In this document: in pieces, positions 9,941 through 22,782 of the stretch
How positions within the stretch are numbered: position 1 is the stretch's first letter
Layout: every line of letters begins with the position of its first letter
Assembly: GCA_041488255.1 (NCBI GenBank)
Contig: JBGPOV010000002.1
Span: 23,509-87,508 of the forward strand
From: Gammaproteobacteria bacterium
GTDB taxonomy: Bacteria > Pseudomonadota > Gammaproteobacteria > Burkholderiales > SHXO01
Direction: 5' to 3'
DNA: 64,000 nt
Notes under the pieces: model-generated
Seen by the model: only the letters and a program-made list of their open reading frames with translations
Database searches by the model: none
What the model was told of the DNA's origin: nothing
Made by a program: the position numbers and the translations under genes

Positions 9941-11234
9941 CACGTCGATCGTAGCCGTCAAGGGGAGGCGGGTGTGGGACTCGCGCGGCCGTCCCACGGT
10001 CGAGGCCGAGGTGCGTCTGGCGTGCGGCGCGGTTGGCCGCGCCATCGCGCCAGCGGGAGCCTCGCGCGGCTCGCGTGAGGCGATCGACCTGCGCGACGGC
10101 GGGAGCGCGCTGGGTGGGATGGACGTCGGCCGAGCCCTCGGCTCCGTCAACGGGGAGATCGCTGAGGCGCTCGCCGGCCTTGACGCAACCAGCCAGGCGC
10201 ACGTTGACCAGGCTCTCATCGCGCTCGATGGCACGCCCAACAAAGCGCGGCTCGGCGGCAACGCCACCATCGCGGTGTCGATGGCCGTGCTGCACGCCGC
10301 TGCGGCGGCCGCAGGAGAGCCGCTGTATCGATTTCTGTCGGCCGGCAAGACCACGCGGCTGCCGCTGCCTCAGATCCAGATCTTCGGCGGCGGTGCCCAC
10401 GCGAGCCGGCGAGTGGACATCCAGGACTTCATGGTGATGGCGCTGGGCGCGCGCAGCTTCGACGAAGCACTGGTGATGACCGCGGAGGTATATCGCGCCG
10501 CCGGTGACCTGATGCAGACGCGCGGCCTGGTGCTGGGCGTGGCCGACGAGGGCGGCTGGTGGCCCGTCTTCGGCAGCAATGAACAAGCGCTGGAGATGCT
10601 GCTGCGGGCCATCGAGAGCGCCGGCTACGCGCCTGGCGGCGAGGTCGCCATTGCGTTGGACATCGCAGCCTCGGAGTTCGGTCGGGGCGGCCGCTACCGT
10701 TTCGCCCTGGAAGACCGCGAGTTTGACAGCGACGGTCTGGCCGAGGTGCTGCTGCGTTGGATCGAGCGCTATCCCATCGTCTCGGTTGAGGACCCGATGG
10801 CCGAAGACGACCCACTGGGCATGATCCGCTTTACCGCCGCAGTCGGCACTCGCGTTCAGGTGATCGGCGACGACTACTTGGTGACAAACGCTGCGCTGGT
10901 TCAGCAGGCGGCCCAGCAGCGCGCGTGCAACGCGGTGCTGATCAAGCCCAACCAAGCGGGCACCGTCACCGAAACGAAGGCCGCGTTCGAGGCAGGCAAG
11001 CGCGCGGGCTTCGGCACGATCGTCTCGGCTCGCTCCGGGGAGACCGAGGACGTCACCATTGTGCATCTGTCCACCGGTTGGGATGCAGGCCAGCTCAAGG
11101 TCGGATCGTTCGCGCGCTCTGAGCGCATGGCGAAGTGGAACGAGGCGCTGCGCATCGAAGAAGCCCTGGGCGCGGCTGCCCGGTTCGCGGGCCGCGAAGT
11201 ATTGCCTGGGCACACGCTCAATCCGCGCCCATGA
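9933..11234 (+). CDS. Divergent enolase-family paralog
   Basis: Aligns with enolase throughout (DSRGRPTVEAEV, GASRGSREA, DIAASEF, SVEDP, IGDDYLVTN, LIKPNQAGT, RSGETED, QLKVGS..RSERMAKWNEALRIEE). It has QDFM where canonical enolase has QEFM, and SARSGETED where it has SHRSGETED. The start overlaps the kinase stop (ATGCCTGA). Confidence 0.85.
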   Translation: MPDTSIVAVKGRRVWDSRGRPTVEAEVRLACGAVGRAIAPAGASRGSREAIDLRDGGSALGGMDVGRALGSVNGEIAEALAGLDATSQAHVDQALIALDGTPNKARLGGNATIAVSMAVLHAAAAAAGEPLYRFLSAGKTTRLPLPQIQIFGGGAHASRRVDIQDFMVMALGARSFDEALVMTAEVYRAAGDLMQTRGLVLGVADEGGWWPVFGSNEQALEMLLRAIESAGYAPGGEVAIALDIAASEFGRGGRYRFALEDREFDSDGLAEVLLRWIERYPIVSVEDPMAEDDPLGMIRFTAAVGTRVQVIGDDYLVTNAALVQQAAQQRACNAVLIKPNQAGTVTETKAAFEAGKRAGFGTIVSARSGETEDVTIVHLSTGWDAGQLKVGSFARSERMAKWNEALRIEEALGAAARFAGREVLPGHTLNPRP

Positions 11235-11265
11235 TGTCGCATCACGACCATCCCCCTCACCCGCT

Positions 11266-11510
11266 GAGGGGATCCTGCTCATCATGCTGGCCGTGTTCCT
11301 GTTCTCCTCGATGAACACCCTGGCCCAGTACATCCCCGAGTCCACGCTGCTCGCGTTCTTCGCGGTGAGGTTCCGGACACAGTGTCGCTGCTCGGCATGC
11401 TCGTGATCCTTGCCGTTGGGCTGCTGGCGGTAAACTGGCAGCGCATGCGCCGGCGCACCGGCGCCGCCGACCGGGCACCCATGCATCGACTGCCACAGGA
11501 GACCAGGTGA
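11266..11510 (+). pseudogene. Deletion relic of an EamA/DMT-family transporter
   Basis: One frame reads EGILLIMLAVFLFSSMNTLAQYIPESTLLAFFAVRF, typical of EamA TM1. A second frame, from ~11380, reads VSLLGMLVILAVGLLAVNWQRMRRR...*, typical of the last TM and basic tail. There is no start codon and ~230 codons are missing. The stop overlaps the next gene start (GTGA). Confidence 0.5.
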
Positions 11511-11944
11511 GCAAGCGCGCGCCGAACCGCCGCGACGCTTACCGTCACTTCCAATGCATCCCTACGCGCTGGATGGACAACGACGTGTACGGCCATGTGA
11601 ACAACGTCGTGTACTACTCCTATTTCGACACAGTGGTGAACCAATACCTCATCGAGCAAGGTGTATTGGACATCGAGAGCAGCGAGGTCGTAGGGCTGGT
11701 GGTCGAGACGGGTTGTCAGTACTTCGCGCCCATTACCTTCCCCGACATCGTGACCGCAGGCCTGCGGGTGGCCAAACTGGGTAACAGCAGTGTGCGCTAC
11801 GAGATCGGGATCTTCCGCAACGACGAGCACGCCGCGTCTGCGCAAGGCCACTTCATGCACGTGTACGTGGACCGGGCCACGCGGCGGCCAGCGCGGCTGC
11901 CCGCAACCTTGCGCAGCGCGTTGGAGCGAATCCTCTTGGCTTAA
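11507..11944 (+). CDS. Hotdog-fold acyl-CoA thioesterase (4HBT/YbgC-like)
   Basis: RWMDNDVYGHVNNVVYYSYFDTVVNQYL and the overall 145-aa length are typical of the 4HBT family. Confidence 0.85.
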   Translation: MSKRAPNRRDAYRHFQCIPTRWMDNDVYGHVNNVVYYSYFDTVVNQYLIEQGVLDIESSEVVGLVVETGCQYFAPITFPDIVTAGLRVAKLGNSSVRYEIGIFRNDEHAASAQGHFMHVYVDRATRRPARLPATLRSALERILLA

Positions 11945-12238
11945 CTCGGAACAACGCGCAGTGCGCGGCCGGCCTCGCGTCCGGCTGCGGTCAGGCTGGC
12001 CGCCTCGGACACCAGGAAAGCGACTACCGCGGCGAGATCGCGACCCGCTCCGTCTGTCCCAATCGATCTCCTCCTCCGGATGCGTCCATAGGGCTGCGCT
12101 CAGGCGGCCTTGCTCGCAGCCTCTCCTTTTGCGCCCGGCGCAGACGCGCCCGCGTGCTGCGCTGCGCGAAGGTAGCGGCGCCGCCTTTCACCAAGTTTCG
12201 CGCCCCGCTTGGATTCCCCACGGAAGCGGGAATCCAAC

Positions 12239-13255
12239 TTAGCCCGCGGCACCCTTCACGATCCGGCCGTAGATGGGATAACGTGGATCACTGTACCCCG
12301 GCGAAGACGGATGCCCCGGTCGCACCAAGCCGTCGATCAACGCCTCGTCCTCTCCATCCAGCTTGAACTTCAGGCTGGCCTCGTATTCTTTCCACTGGTC
12401 CAGCGTGCGCGGTCCGGTGATCGCCGAGGACACTAACGAGTTGTTGAGCACCCAGTTGATCGCGAACTGGGAGCTGCTCATGCTCTTTTTCGCCGCGTGC
12501 GCGACGATCTCCTGCGCCGCAACCAGCGATTCCGGGCGAAATTCGGTCTCCAACATGCGCGCGTCCTTGCGCCCCGCGCGCGTATCAGCGGGCGGTGGCT
12601 GACCGGGCTTGTACTTCCCGGTCAGCACGCCGCGAGCGAGCGGGCTATAGGCCGCGACGCCAAGGCCGAAGTATTGGCACGCCGGCAGGATCTCGACCTC
12701 GGGTTGACGGTTCATGGCGTTGTAGTAGGGCTGACACACCACGGGCCTGGGCACGCCGAGCTCCTTGCACAGCTGCATGAGTAGGCTGATACGCCAGCCG
12801 CGGTAGTTGCTGATGCCGAAGTAACGCGCCTTACCAGCGCGGATGATGTCGCCGATGGCGCCCAGCGTTTCCTCCAGCGGCGTCTCGGTGTCGTCGTAGT
12901 GCAGATAATAGATGTCAACGCAGTCGATGCCGAGGCGCCGCAGGCTGTTCTCGATTGCCTGCATCATCCAGCGTCGGCTGAGCCCCACCTCACCAATCCC
13001 TGGACCCATGCGGTTGCCTACCTTGGTCGCTAGGATCCAGTGGTGACGATTCGCGGCAATGGCTTTCCCTGTGACGCGCTCCGACTCGCCTTTGGCGTAC
13101 TGGTCTGCGGTGTCGATGAAGTTCACGCCGGCCTCCGCTGCCGCATTGACGATGCGCTCGGCCTGGCTCTCGTCCGTGCGGTCGCCAAAGGTCATCGTGC
13201 CCAGACACAGTGCCGACACCGTCAACCCGCTCTGACCCAGCTTGCGGTACTCCAT
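12239..13255 (-). CDS. Aldo/keto reductase
   Basis: MEYRKLGQSGLTVSALCLGTMTFG, INFIDTADQYAKGESE, GISNY. 338 aa. Confidence 0.9.
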   Translation of the reverse strand: MEYRKLGQSGLTVSALCLGTMTFGDRTDESQAERIVNAAAEAGVNFIDTADQYAKGESERVTGKAIAANRHHWILATKVGNRMGPGIGEVGLSRRWMMQAIENSLRRLGIDCVDIYYLHYDDTETPLEETLGAIGDIIRAGKARYFGISNYRGWRISLLMQLCKELGVPRPVVCQPYYNAMNRQPEVEILPACQYFGLGVAAYSPLARGVLTGKYKPGQPPPADTRAGRKDARMLETEFRPESLVAAQEIVAHAAKKSMSSSQFAINWVLNNSLVSSAITGPRTLDQWKEYEASLKFKLDGEDEALIDGLVRPGHPSSPGYSDPRYPIYGRIVKGAAG

Positions 13256-13385
13256 TCATTTTCTCCGTGGCTCATCCAGCGGGCCATCATGCCGCATAGG
13301 AACAGGCGCTGCAAACCGTCCTGCGAGTTGTGGCCCACTGGTCCAGATGCTATAACCTCGACACCCGATGTGCTGGAGGATCCCG

Positions 13386-14393
13386 ATGCCGACTTCCCTT
13401 CCCGACCGCATGCAAGTGGTGGAGATCTCCCGCCCCGGCGGGCCCGAAGTGTTGAAGCTTGTCACGCGCGCGCTGCCGCAGCCCAAGCCCGGCGAAGTGC
13501 TGATCCGCGTCGCCGCCGCCGGCGTGAACCGGCCCGACTGCATGCAGCGCGCCGGCGCATATGCACCACCGCCAGGTGCTTCCGACCTGCCTGGGCTCGA
13601 GGTCGGCGGCACAGTGGTGGCGCTCGGAGCAGGGGTGACACAGTGGAAAGAGGGCGACCAGGTGTGCGCGCTCACGCCCGGCGGCGGATATGCCCAATTC
13701 TGCGTCACCTCTGCCGGTCATTGCCTGCCGCCGCCCAAGGGTTGGAGCCTGACCCAAGCGGCGTCGCTGCCCGAGACCTTCTTCACCGTCTGGATCAACG
13801 TATTCGAGCGCGGCAGGCTGGCTGTCGGAGAAACTCTGCTGGTGCAGGGCGGCAGCAGCGGCATCGGCGTCAGCGCGATCCAGATGGCGCGCGCTTTGGG
13901 TCACCGCGTGTTCGTCACGGCCGGCAGCGCAGAGAAATGCGCAGCTTGCGAAAAGCTCGGGGCGGAACGCGCCATCAACTACCGCGCCGAGGATTTCGTC
14001 GAGGCCGTGAAACAGCTCACCGGCGGCAAGGGCGCGGATGTCATCTTGGATATGGTGGGGGGCGATTACGTCCCGCGCGAGCTGAAATGCCTGGCCACGG
14101 ACGGGCGCCTGTCTCTGATCGCCTTCCTGGGCGGTATCCGGACCACGCTCGACATCTCGGACATCCTGATGCGCCGACTGACGATCACTGGCTCGACACT
14201 GCGCCCGCGCACCGTGGAGTTCAAGACCGGGGTGGCGAACGCGCTGCGAGCTAAGGTATGGCCGCTGATCGACGCCGGGAAAATCCAGCCGGTAATCTAC
14301 AAGGTGTTCCCTTTGGCGCGAGCCTCCGCCGCACACGAACTGATCGAGTCCGGCGTTCACATCGGGAAGATCATCCTCGAGCCGGCGGGCTAG
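13386..14393 (+). CDS. qor: NAD(P)H:quinone oxidoreductase, zinc-independent MDR (PIG3/Qor family)
   Basis: GEVLIRVAAAGVNRPD and LVQGGSSGIGVSAIQMA. Start set to the ATG at 13386, preceded by GGAGGA with 5-nt spacing. Confidence 0.88.
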   Translation: MPTSLPDRMQVVEISRPGGPEVLKLVTRALPQPKPGEVLIRVAAAGVNRPDCMQRAGAYAPPPGASDLPGLEVGGTVVALGAGVTQWKEGDQVCALTPGGGYAQFCVTSAGHCLPPPKGWSLTQAASLPETFFTVWINVFERGRLAVGETLLVQGGSSGIGVSAIQMARALGHRVFVTAGSAEKCAACEKLGAERAINYRAEDFVEAVKQLTGGKGADVILDMVGGDYVPRELKCLATDGRLSLIAFLGGIRTTLDISDILMRRLTITGSTLRPRTVEFKTGVANALRAKVWPLIDAGKIQPVIYKVFPLARASAAHELIESGVHIGKIILEPAG

Positions 14394-14449
14394 AGGCGAG
14401 GCGACACTGCTGACGACGACGCGGGCGCGCCTGACTCAGACCGCGCTGT

Positions 14450-15565
14450 TCATCGCGGGGCGGCAGTCGCGGGCCGGGTCTTCAGCCGTCGTCTGGGCAG
14501 TTTCGGGCAGACGGGGACCGACGTGGTACTCGCATCTCGCGGGGGCGGAACTCGGCGCAGCAGCCCGAGATCACCTTTCATGGCCACCCGCTCGGCGTAG
14601 CGGATGTTCTTCGCAACCTCGTGGAGATACGGGTTGTGGCCGGCGAGCGGAGTCTTGACGTAGTGGTAGGCAGCGCCCAGATCGTCGGTGAGGCGAGTGA
14701 TGGCCGTACGGTAGAAGCTAGGCGTCTTGCGCAGCAGGTCCTCGGCCGAAATGAACAGCACTGTCGATTTTCGCTCCACCCCTGTCTCTGCGCTCGCCAG
14801 CCCGCCCGCCACGAACTCGGGATACAGGCGGTCGCGGCACTTCTCCAAGTAACAGCGGTCGGCCATCTGGGCGACGATGTCCGCCGTCCCCAGCATGTTG
14901 CCGATCAGCCGGAAGACAGGACTCGGGAGCGCGATGTGCTGAACCGGGATCTCGTAGCCGGTGAAGTGGATGACGCGCCCAGCGACTTGCGCCAGGTCGG
15001 GCATCCCGATGTCTCGCATGTAGCGCTCGAGGAACCGTGCACCGCGGCTGACATGGCGCAGCGTGTAGTCGGCGCCGTTGCGGTGGCGCGTATCTTTGCG
15101 GTGGCGCAGATAGCCGATGTCGTGGAACAGGGCCGTCACGATGCCGAAGCCGAACAGCCGTGCGCCTATGGCTTCGAGGCGCTCGCACCCGCGCTCGTAG
15201 CCGTCCATCAGCCGTGCCATCGCCAGCGTTACATCCAGCACATGCTGCAGGTTGTGATAGGGCGTATCGCACCCGCGGTAGCCGGGATACTCGCCGCGGT
15301 ACAGCCGAGCACAGTCCGCAAACGCGCGAGAGATCAGCGCCGTCGATGCATCCGGATACAGCTCCAGGAAAACGCGACGAACCTCGTCGTTGACCGCGGC
15401 GGGATCGGTCGTGTTGACTTGGTTGGTGACGTCGTACTCGCTGCGCCGGGCTGCCGAGCTCAAGCCTGGGGTTTTGACAACTGGCATTTCTAGGAACTGT
15501 GCCATATCGACGACGCTAAGCGGCGGCCTTTCGAACCCGCCCGGAAAGGTCCGCGCCCCGGACAC
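14450..15565 (-). CDS. HD-domain metal-dependent phosphohydrolase-like protein
   Basis: YHNLQHVLDV ... ALFHDIGY (H...HD motif). The remainder is unassigned. Confidence 0.7.
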   Translation of the reverse strand: MSGARTFPGGFERPPLSVVDMAQFLEMPVVKTPGLSSAARRSEYDVTNQVNTTDPAAVNDEVRRVFLELYPDASTALISRAFADCARLYRGEYPGYRGCDTPYHNLQHVLDVTLAMARLMDGYERGCERLEAIGARLFGFGIVTALFHDIGYLRHRKDTRHRNGADYTLRHVSRGARFLERYMRDIGMPDLAQVAGRVIHFTGYEIPVQHIALPSPVFRLIGNMLGTADIVAQMADRCYLEKCRDRLYPEFVAGGLASAETGVERKSTVLFISAEDLLRKTPSFYRTAITRLTDDLGAAYHYVKTPLAGHNPYLHEVAKNIRYAERVAMKGDLGLLRRVPPPRDASTTSVPVCPKLPRRRLKTRPATAAPR

Positions 15566-15792
15566 CCGTCCTCGCTCTCGCGCGAAAGGCTAAAATCGCA
15601 ACTCGCCGAGACCTCCGCACCGACCTTGACTGAGTCTAAGCACCGTGTCATCCCGCTACAAACATCGTCAAATATTCCGCGATGAAGCAGGCTCTCGCGA
15701 TCGAGAATACCAGCACCACGGTGCCGGCCGTCAACCCGCCATGGGTCCTGCGCGGCCATCCGGGGCACGGCCGCAGGCGCGACGCAACCAGC

Positions 15793-16338
15793 TCATACTG
15801 TTTTCGCTGCTGGGTCGGTCCTGGCGCCTGCGGCTGACCGCGGACGGCGCGCCGCCACGGCGGGGATGAAGCGCGATAGCTCCAGCAATGCCTGGTAGTA
15901 GACCTCGCGCTTGAACTCCACCACGTCCTCGAGCGGCACCCAGTATTCGCTCCAACGCCAGGCGTCGAACTCGGGTCGCTCGGAGCGGCGCAGGCACACG
16001 TCGCAGTCGCGCCCGAGCAGACGCAGGAGATACCAGATCTGCTTCTGCCCGCGGTAACTGGCCCGCCAGTCCCGCCGCACCCAGTTTGCCGGCACGTTAT
16101 AGCGCAGCCAGTGACGGGTCCTACCGAGGATCTTCACGTGTTCGGGCTTGAGGCCGACCTCTTCCATCAACTCCCGGTACATGGCCTGCTCCGGCGACTC
16201 ACCGCCTTTGATCCCGCCCTGCGGGAACTGCCAAGCGTGCTCCTTGACGCGCTTGCCCCAGAACACCTCGTTGCGGGGGTTGACCAGCACGACCCCAACG
16301 TTTGGGCGATATCCATCGCGATCGATCATGACCATCAC
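15793..16338 (-). CDS. rppH: RNA pyrophosphohydrolase (Nudix)
   Basis: [11 protein letters not shown] and the Nudix box [23 protein letters not shown]. Confidence 0.93.
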   Translation of the reverse strand: MMVMIDRDGYRPNVGVVLVNPRNEVFWGKRVKEHAWQFPQGGIKGGESPEQAMYRELMEEVGLKPEHVKILGRTRHWLRYNVPANWVRRDWRASYRGQKQIWYLLRLLGRDCDVCLRRSERPEFDAWRWSEYWVPLEDVVEFKREVYYQALLELSRFIPAVAARRPRSAAGARTDPAAKTV

Positions 16339-16448
16339 CCAGGAAGGATTGGACTGAGCCCGATTTTTTCATAAAGCTGACATGGAAATCAATTCGAACG
16401 CAAATTCGCATGGCCGAGCCGTCGCCAGCAGCCGAACCTGCCGCCAGC

Positions 16449-17237
16449 TCAGATCAGCAGGCGCTTGTCGGTGTGCGGGTTGAGCCGCTTCATGCCTTCT
16501 ACGAAGCGCAAGAACTCCAGGCCATAGCGCGCCTGAAGCAGCCTTGCCCGCTCGCGCAGCTCCTCCCAGCGCAGCCGGGCGGGAAGGCGCTTGAACGCGA
16601 GCACGATGATGTTTCCCTTCTGTAGCGCAGGAACGCAGGCCACGTGGCCCGCGAACGCGGCCTCGATGCGGTGCACATATTCGTCGAATTTGCGGTCGCT
16701 GCCCCACAGGTTCACCACCAGCACCCCGTCCCTGCGCAGCGAGCCCGCAGCGGCGGCGTAGAACTCGGGTGTGGCCAGCTCCCCCACGTGCGACTCCCCG
16801 TCGTAGCCGTCGACCAGGATGACGTCTGCGCTGTCCGGGTGCTCGCCGACCCAGCACGCGCCATCGGCCTGCATCACCTGCAGGCGCGCATCGTCCAGCG
16901 GCACGTGGAAATACTGCCGCGCCACGGCGATCACCCGCGGATTCAGCTCTAGCACAACCTGCTCGGCCTGCGGGAACTGGCGGTAAATCCACTTGTTGAG
17001 CGAGCCACCCCCCAACCCCACGCTCACCACGCGCTGCGGTTCCGGCACGAACAGTAGGAACGCCATCATGCTGCGGGTATAGGCCAGCACCAGCTCGTCC
17101 GGGTCGCTCAGGCGCATGCCGCTTTGGATGGTTGCGCTGCCCAAGTGCAGATAGCGTATGCCGTCCTGCTCGCTGATCTCCACGCTCGCGTCCGCGCCGG
17201 TGCGGCGCCGGCCGCGCCAGCCTCTCAACAGCCTCAA
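16449..17237 (-). CDS. Spermidine-synthase-like SAM-dependent transferase
   Basis: VVSVGLGGGSL ... VLELNPRVIAVAR ... DVILVDGYD matches the methyltransferase/aminopropyltransferase fold pattern. Confidence 0.75.
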   Translation of the reverse strand: MRLLRGWRGRRRTGADASVEISEQDGIRYLHLGSATIQSGMRLSDPDELVLAYTRSMMAFLLFVPEPQRVVSVGLGGGSLNKWIYRQFPQAEQVVLELNPRVIAVARQYFHVPLDDARLQVMQADGACWVGEHPDSADVILVDGYDGESHVGELATPEFYAAAAGSLRRDGVLVVNLWGSDRKFDEYVHRIEAAFAGHVACVPALQKGNIIVLAFKRLPARLRWEELRERARLLQARYGLEFLRFVEGMKRLNPHTDKRLLI

Positions 17238-17298
17238 TCTGTCCTCGCTATTCGGTCAGTGTGGATTGTAAGATAAACGCTTTTTCACGGGCACCGAG

Positions 17299-19011
17299 AT
17301 GCGCGTCTCCGCTTTTTTCCTGTCCACCCTCAAGGAGGCCCCAGCCGAGGCCGAGCTGATCAGCCACAAGCTGATGGTGCGCGCCGGGCTGATCAAGAAG
17401 CTCGGCAGCGGCCTCTACACATGGATGCCCCTCGGCCTGCGGGTCCTGCGCAAGGTGGAGACCATCGTGCGCTCGGAGATGAACCGGGCCGGCGCCGTCG
17501 AGCTGTTCATGCCCGCAATACAGCCGGCCGAGCTGTGGCAGGAGAGCGGACGCTGGGACAAGTTCGGGCCGCAGATGCTAAAGCTCAAAGACCGGCACGA
17601 GCGCGACTACTGCTTCGGCCCAACGCACGAGGAGGTAGTCACCGACATCGCTCGCAAGGAGATCCGCAGCTACCGCCAGCTGCCGGTCAACTTCTACCAG
17701 ATACAGACCAAGTTTCGCGACGAGATCCGGCCGCGCTTCGGCGTCATGCGGGCGCGCGAGTTTGTCATGAAGGACGCTTACTCCTTCCATCCGGACTACC
17801 CGGACCTGGAGCGCGAGTATCGCAACATGTACGACACCTATGCGCGGATCTTCCAGCGGCTCGGGCTGCGCTTCCGCGCGGTTACGGCAGACCCCGGCGC
17901 TATCGGCGGGACTGGGTCGCACGAGTTCCACGTCCTGGCCGAGTCGGGCGAGGACGCCATCGCTTTTTGCCCCAGCTCCGACTACGCTGCCAATGTCGAG
18001 TTGGCCGAAGCGATGCCCCCGCCTACCCCTCGCGCCGTCCCAGCACAGAGCATCCAGAAGGTGGCCACCCCCGGGGCACATACCATTGACCAGGTCAGTG
18101 CATTACTGCGTGTGCGACCGCAGGGGATCGTCAAGACGCTGATGGTCGTCACCGGCGACCAGCGGGAATACCTGCTCCTGCTGCGCGGGGATCACATGCT
18201 CAACGAGGTGAAGGCAGCCAAGAAGTTCACCCTGAACGGCGGCTTCCGGTTCGCGTCGGACAGCGAGATCCGAGCGCGGCTTGGTGTCGCGCCGGGCTCG
18301 ATCGGCCCAGTCGGCGCTGACCTGCCGATCATCGCCGACCGCGCGCTTCGGGCGATGAGTGATTTCGTATGTGGCGCCAATGAGGACGGCTATCACTACA
18401 CAGGTGTGAACTTCGGGCGCGATTTGCCCGAGCCGGAGGAGTATGTGGACATTCGCAACGTGGTCGAAGGCGACCCCAGTCCGGACGGCAACGGCACGCT
18501 GTCGATCTGCCGCGGTATCGAAGTCGGACACATCTTCCAGCTCCGCACCAAGTATTCGGAAGCGATGAGCGCGACGTATTTGGATGAGAGCGGGCAGTCA
18601 AGGCCCATGGAGATGGGCTGCTACGGCATCGGGGTGTCGCGCATCGTGGCCGCCGCCATCGAGCAGAACAACGATCTGCGCGGCATCCTTTGGCCCATGG
18701 CGCTGGCGCCATTTCAGGTGGCCATCGCGCCGATCGGCTGGGGTAAGAGCGCCGAGGTGCGCGCCCAGGCGCAGCGGCTGCACGAAGAGCTGACTAGCGC
18801 GGGAATCGAGGTACTGCTCGACGATCGCGATGAGCGCCCAGGCGTCATGTTTGCCGACCTCGAGCTGATCGGCATCCCCCATCGCATCAACGTCGGCGAG
18901 CGCAGCCTCAAGCAGGGTCAGGTCGAGTACCAGGCACGCGCCGAGGACAAGCCCCGCCCGGTCGATCTGGCCGCCGCCGTGCAGTTTGCAAAGTCGCTGT
19001 GCGGAAATTGA
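17299..19011 (+). CDS. proS: Prolyl-tRNA synthetase
   Basis: 570 aa with class II motifs ([25 protein letters not shown]; [15 protein letters not shown]; [11 protein letters not shown]). Confidence 0.97.
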   Translation: MRVSAFFLSTLKEAPAEAELISHKLMVRAGLIKKLGSGLYTWMPLGLRVLRKVETIVRSEMNRAGAVELFMPAIQPAELWQESGRWDKFGPQMLKLKDRHERDYCFGPTHEEVVTDIARKEIRSYRQLPVNFYQIQTKFRDEIRPRFGVMRAREFVMKDAYSFHPDYPDLEREYRNMYDTYARIFQRLGLRFRAVTADPGAIGGTGSHEFHVLAESGEDAIAFCPSSDYAANVELAEAMPPPTPRAVPAQSIQKVATPGAHTIDQVSALLRVRPQGIVKTLMVVTGDQREYLLLLRGDHMLNEVKAAKKFTLNGGFRFASDSEIRARLGVAPGSIGPVGADLPIIADRALRAMSDFVCGANEDGYHYTGVNFGRDLPEPEEYVDIRNVVEGDPSPDGNGTLSICRGIEVGHIFQLRTKYSEAMSATYLDESGQSRPMEMGCYGIGVSRIVAAAIEQNNDLRGILWPMALAPFQVAIAPIGWGKSAEVRAQAQRLHEELTSAGIEVLLDDRDERPGVMFADLELIGIPHRINVGERSLKQGQVEYQARAEDKPRPVDLAAAVQFAKSLCGN

Positions 19012-19676
19012 TCTTGTCCTGCAGGCTGGCTTATCTGGTAACGACCGCTGTGGTGGGCACGGCCCACAACGCGCTCGCCGGGGACCAGCGTTACGAGCCG
19101 TTGGCCGCGAGCATACAGGCCGCGCTGCACGGCTCGGTCGCAGATCGCGCCAGCACGAGGTTGGTGTTCGCGACCCCGCAGCAAGGGCGGGCGTGGCTGT
19201 CCGCTATGTCACAGCGGCTGGCCCAGCACATCACCGATCAAAAGACGCGCGTGGACTTTCTTACCACGGTGCAGTACGAAGCCAAACGCGCAGGGCTGGA
19301 CCCGCAGATGGTGCTCGGGCTGATCGAAGTCGAGAGCAGGTTCCGCAAATATGCGGTGTCCCGCGCCGGCGCCCGCGGCTACATGCAGGTCATGCCGTTC
19401 TGGGTCGATCTGATCGGAGACGCGAACCATGATCTGTTTAAGCTTCGCACCAACCTGCGCTACGGCTGCGTCATTCTTCGCTACTATCTGGACGTCGAGG
19501 GCGGCGACATCCACCGGGCGCTGGGACGCTACAACGGTAGCCCGGGCAGCAAGAGCCCATACGCTGTGAAAGTGGTGCGAGCCTGGCAGACGCGCTGGTT
19601 GTTCCCCGGGGGCGGCGCGACCCGTCCATACGCGGACCGGGCGCTACCGCTGCGGTACAGAGAAAAGGCGCAGTGA
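18999..19676 (+). CDS. Lytic transglycosylase (SLT domain), secreted
   Basis: Signal peptide, then [26 protein letters not shown] and [15 protein letters not shown] start overlaps the proS end by 13 nt. Confidence 0.88.
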   Translation: MRKLILSCRLAYLVTTAVVGTAHNALAGDQRYEPLAASIQAALHGSVADRASTRLVFATPQQGRAWLSAMSQRLAQHITDQKTRVDFLTTVQYEAKRAGLDPQMVLGLIEVESRFRKYAVSRAGARGYMQVMPFWVDLIGDANHDLFKLRTNLRYGCVILRYYLDVEGGDIHRALGRYNGSPGSKSPYAVKVVRAWQTRWLFPGGGATRPYADRALPLRYREKAQ

Positions 19677-19754
19677 AGCCGCGATTCGTGATTCGCAGTT
19701 GGAAAGGCCGCAGCCTGCTGAAGCGTTCCCAGTTGCAGGCTACGAATCACGCGC
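19671..19754. repeat. Copy A of a dispersed ~85-nt intergenic element built around the ACGAATC heptamer
   Basis: CAGTGAAGCCGCGATTCGTGATTCGCAGTTGGAAAGG...TACGAATCACGCGC. CGTGATTCG (19686-19694) is complementary to CGAATCACG (19743-19751). Alignable with 49620-49708. Confidence 0.6.
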
Positions 19755-19769
19755 TAAGCATCACGGACG

Positions 19770-22422
<2,653 letters not shown>

Positions 22423-22423
<1 letters not shown>

Positions 22424-22770
22424 TGCCGGCGGCTCTGCTCCAGCTGAGCGCCAGCGCGAGCCTGATCGCGCTCCTATTCCTCTGTCTGCTATGGGAGACC
22501 ACACTGTCACCGATCAGGCCCGGCGGTTCGCTGCTAATGCTCAAGGCGCTGCCGCTGCTTCTGCCGCTGTTCGGCGTCCTCAGAGGCAAGATTTACACCT
22601 ACCAGTGGGCGTTACTGCTGGTGCTTGCGTATTTCTGCGAAGGGGTGGTCCGCGCTTGGTCGGAGAGGGGAGCGTCCCGCGTTCTTGCCGCAGCGGAGAT
22701 TGCGCTGTCTGTGAGCTTTGTCCTCAGCGCGGTCTCGTATTTGAGGATATTCCGCCAGCGCGTTGGCTGA
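22423..22770 (+). CDS. Small membrane protein (DUF2069-like)
   Basis: 115 aa with 3-4 TM helices. The start overlaps the previous stop (TGATG). The position after wrbA is conserved in my experience. Confidence 0.7.
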
Positions 22771-22782
22771 CTCGCCCTCGGC

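Noticed and set aside
9792-11486. A 564-aa minus-strand ORF, and many similar long ORFs (e.g. 7638-8606, 7841-8755, 13040-14254, 13350-14360, 49657-50949, 53068-54189, 55680-57149, 58056-59132, 59887-60816).
   Set aside because: They lie antisense to, or out of frame with, genes showing clear family motifs (enolase-like, glpK, AKR/qor, HIBADH, ghrB-like, mscS/ybdK, CPA2, lutB). Their composition is Arg/Ala/Gly/Pro-rich, typical of stop-poor shadow frames in high-GC DNA.
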